Assembly: GCA_049437325.1 (NCBI GenBank)
Contig: JBMTIM010000004.1
Span: 13,983-77,982, forward strand
DNA: 64,000 nt
Direction of reading: 5' to 3'
From: Acidimicrobiales bacterium
Lineage (GTDB): Bacteria > Actinomycetota > Acidimicrobiia > Acidimicrobiales > Aldehydirespiratoraceae
Shown here: positions 45,951 to 54,077 of the stretch, piece after piece
Layout of the letters: each line of letters starts with the position of its first letter
How positions within the stretch are numbered: position 1 is the first letter of the stretch
Position numbers and translations under genes: made by a program
The notes under the pieces: generated by a model
Seen by the model: only the letters and a program-made list of their open reading frames with translations
What the model was told of the DNA's origin: nothing
The model's database searches: none

Positions 45951-47162
45951 GTGACCGATCGCCCCGAGAGCCTGCAGTACGACCCCAGCCGGCGATTTCC
46001 GTCGCCGCTGCCGGTCAGTGGTGCCTGGCGTCACGGCGACCCGGTCGGGAGACGTCAGTTCGCAAAGGTGTCACGCGAGCGTCCGTTCGTCCTCGAGTGC
46101 GGTGGGCACCTCGACGAGGTCGAGATCGCATACGAGACGTGGGGCACGCTGGCACCCGATCATTCCAATGCGATTCTGGTGTGCCACGCACTCACCGGCG
46201 ATTCGCATGCCGCCGGTGGGTTCGAGCCTGGACACAAGAGCGACGGTTGGTGGGACGATCTGATCGGCCCAGGGAAAGCCCTCGACACCGACCATTACTT
46301 CATCGTGTGCGCCAACGTCTTGGGGGGTTGCCAAGGCACCACCGGGCCGTCCAGTGTCGATCCCGACACCGGGAAGCCCTACGGTCCGACCTTCCCGCAG
46401 GTCACGATGCGCGACATCGTCCGCACGCAACGGCTTCTCATGGCCGAACTCGGGATCGACACCTGGCTGTCGGTCGTCGGCGGGTCGATGGGCGGTATGC
46501 AGGCGCTCGAATGGGGTGTGATGTACCCCGGCCTTGTGAAGTCGTTGATGCCGATTGCGTCGGTTGCCGCGGCAAGTCCGATGCAAATCGCCTGGAGTGC
46601 GGTCGAGCGGCTTGCGATCGTCCAAGATCCAAAGTGGCGTGATGGCTGGTACTACGACGCGCCAGAAGGCGATGGCCCATGGCACGGCCTTGCGTTGGCC
46701 CGCGAGATCTCGCAGATCACCTACCGAACCACCCACGTCTTCGACGAGCGTTTCGGGCGTGAGCCGTTCGTGCCGAGTGAAGAGCTCAGTCAATGGGGTC
46801 GCTATCAGATCGAGTCGTATCTGGATCACCATGGCCAGAAGCTCGTGCGGCGTTTCGACGCGAACTCGTTTCTCGTGCTCAGCAAGGCGATGGACCTGCA
46901 CGATGTTGGTCGCCACCGCGGTGGTGTGCGGTCGGTGCTCGGTGCGCTGCGGGTTCCGGTGCTGACCGCCTCGGTCACCTCCGACATCTTGTACCCCGCC
47001 TACCAGCAGGCGGCCATGGCCGAGATGATCAACGCCGGCGGTGGCGACTGCGACTATCACGTGGTCGACAGCCCCCAGGGCCACGATGGATTTCTCCTCG
47101 AGTCGGCGTTCCTCGGCCCGTTGATCTCTCGGACCCTCGAGAAAGCTGCCGCCGAAGGCTGA
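45951..47162 (+). CDS. metX: Homoserine O-acetyltransferase
   Basis: GTG start after GGAGAAGGAG. NAILVCHALTGDSHA, nucleophile elbow GGSMGGMQALEW, and QGHDGFL near the C-terminus. Confidence 0.93.
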   Translation: MTDRPESLQYDPSRRFPSPLPVSGAWRHGDPVGRRQFAKVSRERPFVLECGGHLDEVEIAYETWGTLAPDHSNAILVCHALTGDSHAAGGFEPGHKSDGWWDDLIGPGKALDTDHYFIVCANVLGGCQGTTGPSSVDPDTGKPYGPTFPQVTMRDIVRTQRLLMAELGIDTWLSVVGGSMGGMQALEWGVMYPGLVKSLMPIASVAAASPMQIAWSAVERLAIVQDPKWRDGWYYDAPEGDGPWHGLALAREISQITYRTTHVFDERFGREPFVPSEELSQWGRYQIESYLDHHGQKLVRRFDANSFLVLSKAMDLHDVGRHRGGVRSVLGALRVPVLTASVTSDILYPAYQQAAMAEMINAGGGDCDYHVVDSPQGHDGFLLESAFLGPLISRTLEKAAAEG

Positions 47163-47171
47163 TCCGCACCA

Positions 47172-47951
47172 ATGCCGGAGATGCTCGAGATCGAGGCCTA
47201 CCGTCGGGCCGCCGAGCCCGTCGTAGGACGTACCGTGCGTGGCGTTCATGCGCCCGACGAGTGGTATGCCAAGGGCGACACCTCCACCGATCAACTGCGA
47301 ACGGTGTTGCCAGGAGTGACGATCACCGGTCTTCGTCGGATCGGAAAACTGATGCTGATCGACACCGATGGACCGGTACTCGGGTTGCGCTTCGGGATGA
47401 CCGGCCGGATCCTCGTCGACGACACTGCGCCAATCGAGGCGCTCGAGTACTCGAGCGATCGCAACGACCCGGCGTGGGACCGGTTCGGAATCGTTTTCTC
47501 CGGCGGCGGCTCGCTGATGATTCGCGACCCTCGGCGCCTCGGTGGTGTCGAACTCGACCCTGACGAGTCCAAGCTCGGGCCCGATGCAGGGGCGGTCTCG
47601 CGCACGCTGCTCGGCGAGATTGTCGTGGGGTCGGCTGCACCGCTGAAGGCACGTCTCATGGATCAGGCCAAGCTCGCCGGACTCGGGAACCTCCTCGTCG
47701 ACGAGACACTCTTTCGGGCCGGTCTCGCCCCTGATCGCCTCGCGAACTCGCTCGGAGACGATGAGATTGCGAGTCTGCATCGCGCCATGCGCCGCACGAT
47801 CACGGTGCTCGGCAAGCGGGGCGGCAGCCACACCGGTGACCTTCAGCCCGCCCGAATCCGAGGCGGTACGTGTCCCAACGACGGGACCGAACTCGTTCGC
47901 GCCGATGTCGGCGGGCGGACGACCTACTGGTGCCCGCAGCACCAAACCTGA
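47172..47951 (+). CDS. Fpg/Nei-family DNA glycosylase / AP lyase
   Basis: N-terminal MPEMLEIE (Pro2/Glu3), RRIGKLML, H2TH region GLGNLLVDETLF, C-terminal finger CPNDG...WCPQHQ. Confidence 0.85.
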   Translation: MPEMLEIEAYRRAAEPVVGRTVRGVHAPDEWYAKGDTSTDQLRTVLPGVTITGLRRIGKLMLIDTDGPVLGLRFGMTGRILVDDTAPIEALEYSSDRNDPAWDRFGIVFSGGGSLMIRDPRRLGGVELDPDESKLGPDAGAVSRTLLGEIVVGSAAPLKARLMDQAKLAGLGNLLVDETLFRAGLAPDRLANSLGDDEIASLHRAMRRTITVLGKRGGSHTGDLQPARIRGGTCPNDGTELVRADVGGRTTYWCPQHQT

Positions 47952-48067
47952 TCCGACCACCAATCGGGCTCGAGCGACATCGAGGCGAACATCGAAGTAC
48001 TCCGGGAGCCGCGTCACTCCGCTGCGTCGTCGCCCCATCGCCGCAGAGGGCCGATACGGTCGGGATC

Positions 48068-48430
48068 ATGCGCCGAGGTTTCGCCGCTCTCTTGCTCGTT
48101 CTTGCAGCGACCATGGTGATGATGGTCGCGCCGGTCGCGGCGTTCGTGGAGCATGCGCAAGAGGGATTCACAGCCGACGAAACGGCGAGCGACATCGAAC
48201 GTATTCGCAACTCGCTGTACATCGTCGCTGCCGTCACCGGTGGGCTGCTGGTGATCTACATCTGGCACACGAATCCGCGCCGGCGAATGGACGTCGCCAT
48301 TCGGCGCAGGACGGTACGGGAGCAGAACCAGATGGACTCTCTCGACGACACCTTCGCCCTTCCGGGTGACGTCGGTGCTGGTGGCGACCGGTTCGGCCCG
48401 GCCGGGCCTGGGCAGTCGCTCGACAGCTGA
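48068..48430 (+). CDS. Small membrane protein, unknown function
   Basis: ATG at 48068. MRRGFAALLLVLAATMVMMVAPVAA signal/anchor plus a second TM (LYIVAAVTGGLLVIYIW). Confidence 0.6.
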   Translation: MRRGFAALLLVLAATMVMMVAPVAAFVEHAQEGFTADETASDIERIRNSLYIVAAVTGGLLVIYIWHTNPRRRMDVAIRRRTVREQNQMDSLDDTFALPGDVGAGGDRFGPAGPGQSLDS

Positions 48431-48445
48431 CCGGAGGTGGGTACT

Positions 48446-48679
48446 GTGGGATCCATGGCAGACGATCTCGACATCGACGCGATGATGGAGCGATTCCGCG
48501 AACGGGCCGAAGCGGTCAAACGAAGGAATCTGCCCCCGGTCGGGGGAGACGAGCGAGCGATGTTCGTGAAGCAGGCGCAGACCGACTACATGGACTTTGC
48601 CCTGATCGGCGATGCCAGCGGGGAACTGGTCGACGGCGTGCTGACCCTTCGAATCGATCTCCGCCCGTCCGAGGCCTGA
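48446..48679 (+). CDS. Small hypothetical protein (about 77 aa)
   Basis: GGAGG lies 8 nt upstream of the GTG at 48446. Coding-like GC3 bias. No family recognised. Confidence 0.5.
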   Translation: MGSMADDLDIDAMMERFRERAEAVKRRNLPPVGGDERAMFVKQAQTDYMDFALIGDASGELVDGVLTLRIDLRPSEA

Positions 48680-48760
48680 AACCTCCGCCCCGAGGTGCTC
48701 TTCCGAGGCCCGATCTGCCGGGTGCATCCATCCGAGAAGACGCTACGATGAGGGGCCGCT

Positions 48761-48836
48761 GCGGACGTAGCTCAGTTGGTAGAGCGCAACCTTGCCAAGG
48801 TTGAGGTCGCCGGTTCGAACCCGGTCGTCCGCTCCA
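48761..48836 (+). tRNA. tRNA-Gly (anticodon GCC)
   Basis: Cloverleaf folded by hand: acceptor GCGGACG/CGTCCGC, anticodon arm CAACC-TTGCCAA-GGTTG, T-arm GCCGG-TTCGAAC-CCGGT, encoded CCA. Confidence 0.95.
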
Positions 48837-48839
48837 ACG

Positions 48840-48865
48840 AACCCCAGGCGTCTACGCCTGGGGTT
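48840..48865 (+). terminator. Hairpin terminator after tRNA-Gly (possibly bidirectional)
   Basis: AACCCCAGGCG-tcta-CGCCTGGGGTT perfect 11-bp stem followed by CAGCTGTTTTCG. Lies between the tRNA and the convergent VOC gene. Confidence 0.7.
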
Positions 48866-48884
48866 CAGCTGTTTTCGACGTCGA

Positions 48885-49418
48885 TCACCCCGGGGCCGAG
48901 GGGGTTGCGTCGTGGCGGGTGACGGTGGGCGGAGCCGAGTACGGCGGATCTTCGGCCCGCAACAGTTCGAGTGCCTCGACACGGTCCGCGTCGGTGAACG
49001 CCTCGGTGACGATTGCAAACTCGACGACATTGCCGTCAGGATCCTCGGCATAGATCGACTGCACCCAGTTGTGGTCGATCTCGATGACGTCGATTCCGTG
49101 GTCGAGCCACCGCTGCCTCTTCGACGCAAGGTCGTCGAGGCTGTCGGCCTGGAATGCCAAGTGGTTCACGAAGGGATCGAGTCCCAGGCCACGCGAGATG
49201 TCGGTCTCGTAGTCGTCGACGCCCGGAACGTCCCGCAGATCCCAAAAGGCGATCATCTGGTCGTTGCTCGAGCCGGTCGAATAGAAGGCGTGGCGAGCCT
49301 TGCCGTTGCGCATGTTTGCAATCTCGACCTTCTCGAGGGTGAATCCCATCGCCTCGGTGTAGAAGCGATGGGTCGCCTCGATGTCTTTCACGGCCAGTGC
49401 AATGTGGTTGATCCCCAT
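48885..49418 (-). CDS. VOC-family protein (glyoxalase/bleomycin-resistance/dioxygenase fold)
   Basis: MGINHIALAVKDIEATHRFY... with a second beta-alpha-beta-beta-beta module (VNHLAFQADSLDDL). The ATG at 49448 is an alternative start. Confidence 0.8.
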   Translation of the reverse strand: MGINHIALAVKDIEATHRFYTEAMGFTLEKVEIANMRNGKARHAFYSTGSSNDQMIAFWDLRDVPGVDDYETDISRGLGLDPFVNHLAFQADSLDDLASKRQRWLDHGIDVIEIDHNWVQSIYAEDPDGNVVEFAIVTEAFTDADRVEALELLRAEDPPYSAPPTVTRHDATPSAPG

Positions 49419-49446
49419 GCAACGACCGTAGCTAGCCTGCTGACCC

Positions 49447-50352
49447 ATGACGAATGTCTGGGGAGAGCGCTCACGGAAGTTGACCGACCATGTGACGGTG
49501 CTGACCACCGACGCGAACGGCGCGTACCCCTCCGGGAACAGCCTGCTCGTTCGAGGTGCAGGTGAAACGGTGATCATCGATCCGTCCGTGACCGTGGCGG
49601 AGCAGGGCGGTGCCGGTGTCCCCGTCGACGCAGTGATCAACAGCCACGGGCACGAGGATCACATCGCCGGCAACATCGCGTTTCCCGACGCACGGGTCCA
49701 CATCCACGAAGCCGATCGTGCGGTGACGCAGAGCGTCGACGAATTGCTCGCCGTCACCGGTCACAACCGCCACGATCATCCCGAACTCCTCGACGCTTAC
49801 CTCACCACCTTCCACTACACACCTCGCCCGGACGCCATCGGCTACCAGGACGGTGCCGTGTGGGAGTTGGGTGGGGTGCGCATCGAAGCCGTCCACCTGC
49901 CCGGTCACACCGTCGGTCACTGCGGGCTCCGTATCTCCGACCGAGTCTTCTTTCTTTCCGACATCGACCTCACCGGATTCGGCCCGTACTACGGCGACGT
50001 GTTCAGTGATCTCGACGACTTCGAGCACAGCATCGAGACGGTGAGAGGGGAGGAGGCCGACTTCTACGTCACCTTCCATCACAAAGGTGTGGTCGAAGGA
50101 CGGGAGACGTTCGTCGAGATGCTCGACAGGTTCAAGGGTGCGATCACCCGCCGTCACGACGCGATGCTCGAGTTCTTGCAGGAACCCCACACCATCGATG
50201 ACATGGTGGCACACCGATTCATCTACCGACCCGGGGTCGAGGTGTTCATCGCCGACCATGTGGAGCGTCGCTCTGCCGTGCTGCACACCAAGCGCATGAT
50301 CGAACGCGGCGAGGCGGTCGAGGTCGAACCTGGATGGTTCCGTGTTGTGTGA
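49447..50352 (+). CDS. MBL-fold metallo-hydrolase
   Basis: HxHxDH motif (NSHGHEDHIAG) and a downstream His (LPGHTVGH). TTG at 49480 and GTG at 49492 are alternative starts. Confidence 0.85.
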   Translation: MTNVWGERSRKLTDHVTVLTTDANGAYPSGNSLLVRGAGETVIIDPSVTVAEQGGAGVPVDAVINSHGHEDHIAGNIAFPDARVHIHEADRAVTQSVDELLAVTGHNRHDHPELLDAYLTTFHYTPRPDAIGYQDGAVWELGGVRIEAVHLPGHTVGHCGLRISDRVFFLSDIDLTGFGPYYGDVFSDLDDFEHSIETVRGEEADFYVTFHHKGVVEGRETFVEMLDRFKGAITRRHDAMLEFLQEPHTIDDMVAHRFIYRPGVEVFIADHVERRSAVLHTKRMIERGEAVEVEPGWFRVV

Positions 50353-50392
50353 ACGGAGTGCCTGACGATCGGTGACACATCGTCTCGCACAG

Positions 50393-50406
50393 CGAACACA
50401 TGTTCG
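50393..50406. promoter_or_regulatory. LexA box overlapping the first ATG of the 50400..50633 ORF
   Basis: Perfect CGAACACATGTTCG. A -10-like TACAGT follows at 50408-50413. Confidence 0.75.
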
Positions 50407-50633
50407 CTACAGTCCGTCGCATCATGCACTTCGACGGCGAGCACGAGATCGAGCACCTTCGGCGATCACTGGCGATGCTTCCCGCCGGTGCCGATGCGCT
50501 CAAACGAGAGGAGGCGATGGCCCTGCTCGGCCGTCTCCGTGATGCCAGTGCCCGGCTTCGCCGCATCGAAGCCGGGCTCGACGCATTGCTCGAGACCGAA
50601 GTGCGGCCCGGTGTCCCTCGACCTGAATCGTGA
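50400..50633 (+). CDS. Small helical protein of unknown function, candidate SOS-regulon member
   Basis: 77-aa ORF (69 aa from the second ATG at 50424) with a moderate G/C excess at third codon positions. A LexA box is centred on the first ATG. Confidence 0.55.
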   Translation: MFATVRRIMHFDGEHEIEHLRRSLAMLPAGADALKREEAMALLGRLRDASARLRRIEAGLDALLETEVRPGVPRPES

Positions 50634-50720
50634 GCCACCCGGAGGACACAACGCGTTCTGATCCGGTCGACCTGCCCTCGTCTCACGGGGCTTGGCCTCG
50701 GATAGCATTGCGATCCGCTG

Positions 50721-50795
50721 GCGCCGGTGCCCGAGCGGCCCAAGGGAACGGCCTGCAAAGCCGTACAGTCGCGGGTTCAAATCCCGCCCGGCGCT
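50721..50795 (+). tRNA. tRNA-Cys (anticodon GCA)
   Basis: Acceptor GCGCCGG/CCGGCGC, anticodon arm ACGGC-CTGCAAA-GCCGT, T-arm GCGGG-TTCAAAT-CCCGC. CCA is not encoded. Confidence 0.9.
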
Positions 50796-50802
50796 CGTCA
50801 GC

Positions 50803-50838
50803 ACGGGGGTTGCCGTTCGGCAGCCCCCGTCGCCGTTT
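50803..50838 (+). terminator. Intrinsic terminator after tRNA-Cys
   Basis: ACGGGGGTTGCC-gttc-GGCAGCCCCCGT stem (one G-U) followed by CGCCGTTTTC. Confidence 0.7.
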
Positions 50839-50884
50839 TCAAAGGTGCGTTCTGGCGGAACGCTGCTACCCTTTTCGTCCCTAG

Positions 50885-50961
50885 GGGCCGTTAGCTCAGT
50901 TGGTTAGAGCGCCTGCTCGACACGCAGGAGGTCACAAGTTCGACTCTTGTACGGCCCACCA
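50885..50961 (+). tRNA. tRNA-Val (anticodon GAC)
   Basis: Acceptor GGGCCGT/ACGGCCC, anticodon arm CCTGC-TCGACAC-GCAGG, T-arm ACAAG-TTCGACT-CTTGT, encoded CCA. Confidence 0.95.
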
Positions 50962-50978
50962 GACCCGCACGCAGAACC

Positions 50979-51263
50979 ATGGCAGATCCGCAACTCGAGA
51001 CCTTCCGTTCCAGCATCGACAACATCGATGCGGCGCTTGTTCTGCTTCTTGCTGAGCGGTTCAAGATCACGAAAGCGGTCGGCGAGTACAAGGCCTCTGC
51101 CGGCCTGCCGGCTGCTGATCCGGGTCGTGAGGAAGTGCAGATTGCCCGTCTGCGCCGGTTGGCCGAAGAAGCAAACCTCGACCCCGGGTTCAGCGAGAGC
51201 TTCCTGCGGTTCGTCATCGCCGAGGTCATCCGGCACCACGAGCGAGCCGGCGCCGAGAGCTGA
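50979..51263 (+). CDS. Chorismate mutase (AroQ class, about 94 aa)
   Basis: RSSIDNIDAALVLLLAERF...GLPAADPGREE is typical of small AroQ mutases. Confidence 0.85.
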   Translation: MADPQLETFRSSIDNIDAALVLLLAERFKITKAVGEYKASAGLPAADPGREEVQIARLRRLAEEANLDPGFSESFLRFVIAEVIRHHERAGAES

Positions 51264-51315
51264 CGGCTGGCCGAACGCTCGGCATCACGTGTTGCGAAGT
51301 AGGGTGATCGCCGTC

Positions 51316-53076
51316 ATGGCCGACGTCCTTCCTGCTGCCGAACGTTCGTCGGTAACCACCGATCCGCGAGTCGAACGGATCGCACGGTTGTTGCACGACA
51401 CGTTCGTGAGCTTCCACGAATCGTTCCTCGAGGTCACTCACCGTGCCGCAACACGGTTTCTGCAGCGAGAGTGGGACGCCCACCAAGACGACAACAGCGA
51501 GCGACTCAACCTCCACAAGAAGGCGGTCTGGAGCGCCGTCGAGTCAGCCCAGGTCATTGTCCCCGCCGATGCTGACGAAGCCCGCCAGCTCTGGGTCGAC
51601 GCTCGGCGGCGATACGTGTCACTCGTCAGCCAACGCATGGATTTCGAGTTGGCCGAGACGTTTTACAACTCGGTCACCCGTCGGTTGTTCGAGGTCATCG
51701 GCCTCGACATCGACCTCGAGTTCCTGTGGCTCGGCCCGACGGCCCTGCCGGCCGACGATGGCAGTCGCGGTGAATACCGGAATTTTCCGGTCGACGACTC
51801 ATTGGCCGACTCGATCCTCCAAATTCTCGAGCATTCGCCCCTCGCATCGCAGTTCCATGCCATCGAGCGTGATGCCGACCGGGTGGCCGGTGTCATCGAG
51901 ACCTGGTTGTCGGAGAACTGGGACGGACACATCGATGCCCTCGACATCCTTCGGCCGGTCTTCTATCGCAACAAGGGCGCCTACCTCGTCGGCCGGTTGC
52001 GGTGGCTCAACCGGGTCAACCCGATCATTTTGCCGATCACCGTCTCCGATGACGGCGTGCGCGTCGATGCGGTGCTCCTCACCGAGCTCGCAGCCAGCCG
52101 ATTGTTCGGTTACACCCGGTCCTACTTTCACGTGCTGGCCCGACGCCCGGCTGCCGTGGTGTCGTTTCTGAAGAGTTTGCTGCCGGTGAAACCGGTCGCC
52201 GAGCTCTACACGTCGATCGGCTACAGCGCACACGGAAAGACCAACCTCTTTCGAGCGCTTTACCGTCACATGGAGCACTCCAACACCCGCTTCGAGCGGG
52301 CGAGGGGGGCCCGAGGCATGGTGATGGCGGTGTTCACGCTGCCGTCCTTCGACGTGGTCTTCAAACTGATCAAGGACCGTTTTCCGCAGTCGAAGCGGAC
52401 CACCCCCGAAGACGTACAACGTCGCTACAAGCTGGTGTTCGACCACGACAAGGTCGGTCGGCTCGTCGATGCGCAGGAGTTTCGGGAGCTGTCCTTTCGG
52501 CGTGACCGCTTCGACGAAGAACTCATCGAGGAGCTCCTCGAAGACTGCACGCGCACGGTCACCGTCACCGACGACGAGGTCATTCTTCATCACGTCTACA
52601 CCGAGCGTCGGCTCTACCCGCTCGATCTGTATCTGCGCGAGATGGGCCCCGATCTCGCTCGCGCCGCGGCGATCGACTACGGCAATGCCATCAAGGATCT
52701 TGCCTCGGCCAACATCTTCCCGGGTGATCTGTTCCCGAAGAACTTCGGTGTGAGCCGCCATGGCGTGGTGGTGTTCTACGACTACGACGAACTCGCGCTT
52801 CTCTCCGAGGTCAATTTCCGCACGATGCCGGTGAGCCAGTCCTACGAGGACGAGATGCTCGATCAGCCATGGTTCCCGGTCGAACCCAACGACGTCTTCC
52901 CCGAGGAGTTCAGGACGTATCTCCGATCGCCGCGCATCGTCGGTGAGGTGTTCGACGAGTTCCACCCGGAGATCTCCACCGTGGAATTCTGGCAGGCGAT
53001 GAAGGACGGCCACGAGGGGGGTCGTCGACCTGACTTCTTCCCGTATCCCCACCAGTATCGATTCGCCGACGACTGA
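51316..53076 (+). CDS. aceK: Isocitrate dehydrogenase kinase/phosphatase
   Basis: Colinear by eye with E. coli AceK: FYRNKGAYLVGRL, SYFHV, GMVMAVFTLPSFDVVFKLIKDRF, NIFPGDLFPKNFGVSRHGVVVFYDYDE, DVFPEEF. A GTG at 51304 is an alternative start. It is the distal part of a 709-aa artefactual ORF. Confidence 0.88.
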   Translation: MADVLPAAERSSVTTDPRVERIARLLHDTFVSFHESFLEVTHRAATRFLQREWDAHQDDNSERLNLHKKAVWSAVESAQVIVPADADEARQLWVDARRRYVSLVSQRMDFELAETFYNSVTRRLFEVIGLDIDLEFLWLGPTALPADDGSRGEYRNFPVDDSLADSILQILEHSPLASQFHAIERDADRVAGVIETWLSENWDGHIDALDILRPVFYRNKGAYLVGRLRWLNRVNPIILPITVSDDGVRVDAVLLTELAASRLFGYTRSYFHVLARRPAAVVSFLKSLLPVKPVAELYTSIGYSAHGKTNLFRALYRHMEHSNTRFERARGARGMVMAVFTLPSFDVVFKLIKDRFPQSKRTTPEDVQRRYKLVFDHDKVGRLVDAQEFRELSFRRDRFDEELIEELLEDCTRTVTVTDDEVILHHVYTERRLYPLDLYLREMGPDLARAAAIDYGNAIKDLASANIFPGDLFPKNFGVSRHGVVVFYDYDELALLSEVNFRTMPVSQSYEDEMLDQPWFPVEPNDVFPEEFRTYLRSPRIVGEVFDEFHPEISTVEFWQAMKDGHEGGRRPDFFPYPHQYRFADD

Positions 53077-53095
53077 CCCAGGAGGCTCGCCGGAC

Positions 53096-54076
53096 ATGCG
53101 CGCTGTGGTACTCGAAGAAAAAGGCGGGCCGGAGGTCCTGCAGATTCGCTCGGTCCCCGACCCGGTCCCGGGCCCTGAGGAGTTGTTGGTCGATGTCGTG
53201 TCGACCGCCGTCAACCGGGCCGATCTGCTGCAGCGAATGGGGCTCTATCCGGGGCCTCCGATGCTGCACGAGATCCCGGGTCTCGAATTCGCCGGTCGTG
53301 TTGTCGCGGTTGGTGAGCGTGTCACTGGGCACAGCATCGGTGATGCCGTCATGGGCATTCAGAATGGAGGGTGTTACGCCGAGATGCTGACGGTTCACGA
53401 GCGGCAGGCAATGCCTGTACCCGACGTGCTTTCGCTCGCCGATGCCGGTGCATTCCCCGAGGTGTTCATCACCGCCTGGGACGCGCTGGTTCGTCAGGGC
53501 GGCCTGACCAGCGGTCGGTGGGCATTGGTTCATGCCGGCGCGTCGGGTGTGGGTACCGCCGCCATCCAGATCGTCAAGACGCTCGGTGCCCGCGTCGCCG
53601 TCACTGCGTCTGCCGGCAAACACGACGTCTGCCATGGCTTGGGTGCCGACGTCGTCATCGACTACGCAAACGAGGACTTTGTCGACGTGGTCCGTCAGGC
53701 AACCGGTGGGGCTGGGGTCGACGTGGTCCTCGACGTGATCGGTGGGGACTATCTGCCCCGCAATGTGGCGGTGGTCGCGCTGGGGGGTCGAATCATCCAG
53801 GTTGGCGTGATGGCTGCCAAGCCGGTTGCGTTCGACGTCGGCACCCTGTTGATGAAGCGAGCGTCGGTGACCGGCACGACGTTGCGGGCCCGGCCGATCG
53901 AGGAAAAGATCGCAATCAGCCAAGAGTTTGCTGCACAACTGCTGCCCCACGTCGCGACCGGTGCGTTGCTGCCGGTGATCGATTCGCGCTACTCACTCGA
54001 CGACGTCGCCGAGGCTCACCGGCGCATGGAGCAGAACGCGAACGCTGGAAAGCTCGTGCTCGACGTCGGACGCTGA
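53096..54076 (+). CDS. qor: NAD(P)H:quinone oxidoreductase (zeta-crystallin / MDR family)
   Basis: MDR fold, nucleotide motif HAGASGVGTAAIQ, no structural-zinc Cys cluster. Confidence 0.85.
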   Translation: MRAVVLEEKGGPEVLQIRSVPDPVPGPEELLVDVVSTAVNRADLLQRMGLYPGPPMLHEIPGLEFAGRVVAVGERVTGHSIGDAVMGIQNGGCYAEMLTVHERQAMPVPDVLSLADAGAFPEVFITAWDALVRQGGLTSGRWALVHAGASGVGTAAIQIVKTLGARVAVTASAGKHDVCHGLGADVVIDYANEDFVDVVRQATGGAGVDVVLDVIGGDYLPRNVAVVALGGRIIQVGVMAAKPVAFDVGTLLMKRASVTGTTLRARPIEEKIAISQEFAAQLLPHVATGALLPVIDSRYSLDDVAEAHRRMEQNANAGKLVLDVGR

Positions 54077-54077
54077 C

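Noticed and set aside
49419-49446. Divergent VOC and MBL gene starts only 28 bp apart, or overlapping if the longer starts are used, hinting at leaderless transcripts.
   Set aside because: Both genes have plausible alternative in-frame starts that widen the gap. No promoter elements could be assigned with confidence.
50655-50680. Possible degenerate copy of the tRNA-Gly 3' end (GTTCTGATCCGGTCGACCTGCCC vs GTTCGAACCCGGTCGTCCGCTCC). It would mark the 1.8-kb VOC / MBL / small-ORF segment between tRNA-Gly and tRNA-Cys as an integrated islet.
   Set aside because: Only about 16 of 26 positions match, with a 7-nt identical core. No integrase, excisionase or compositional shift is evident, so the match is compatible with chance in GC-rich DNA.
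50962-50978. The chorismate mutase ATG lies only 18 nt after the tRNA-Val CCA end, suggesting co-transcription with the tRNA.
   Set aside because: This is plausible but not unusual. No terminator or promoter evidence points either way, and nothing more can be derived from the sequence.
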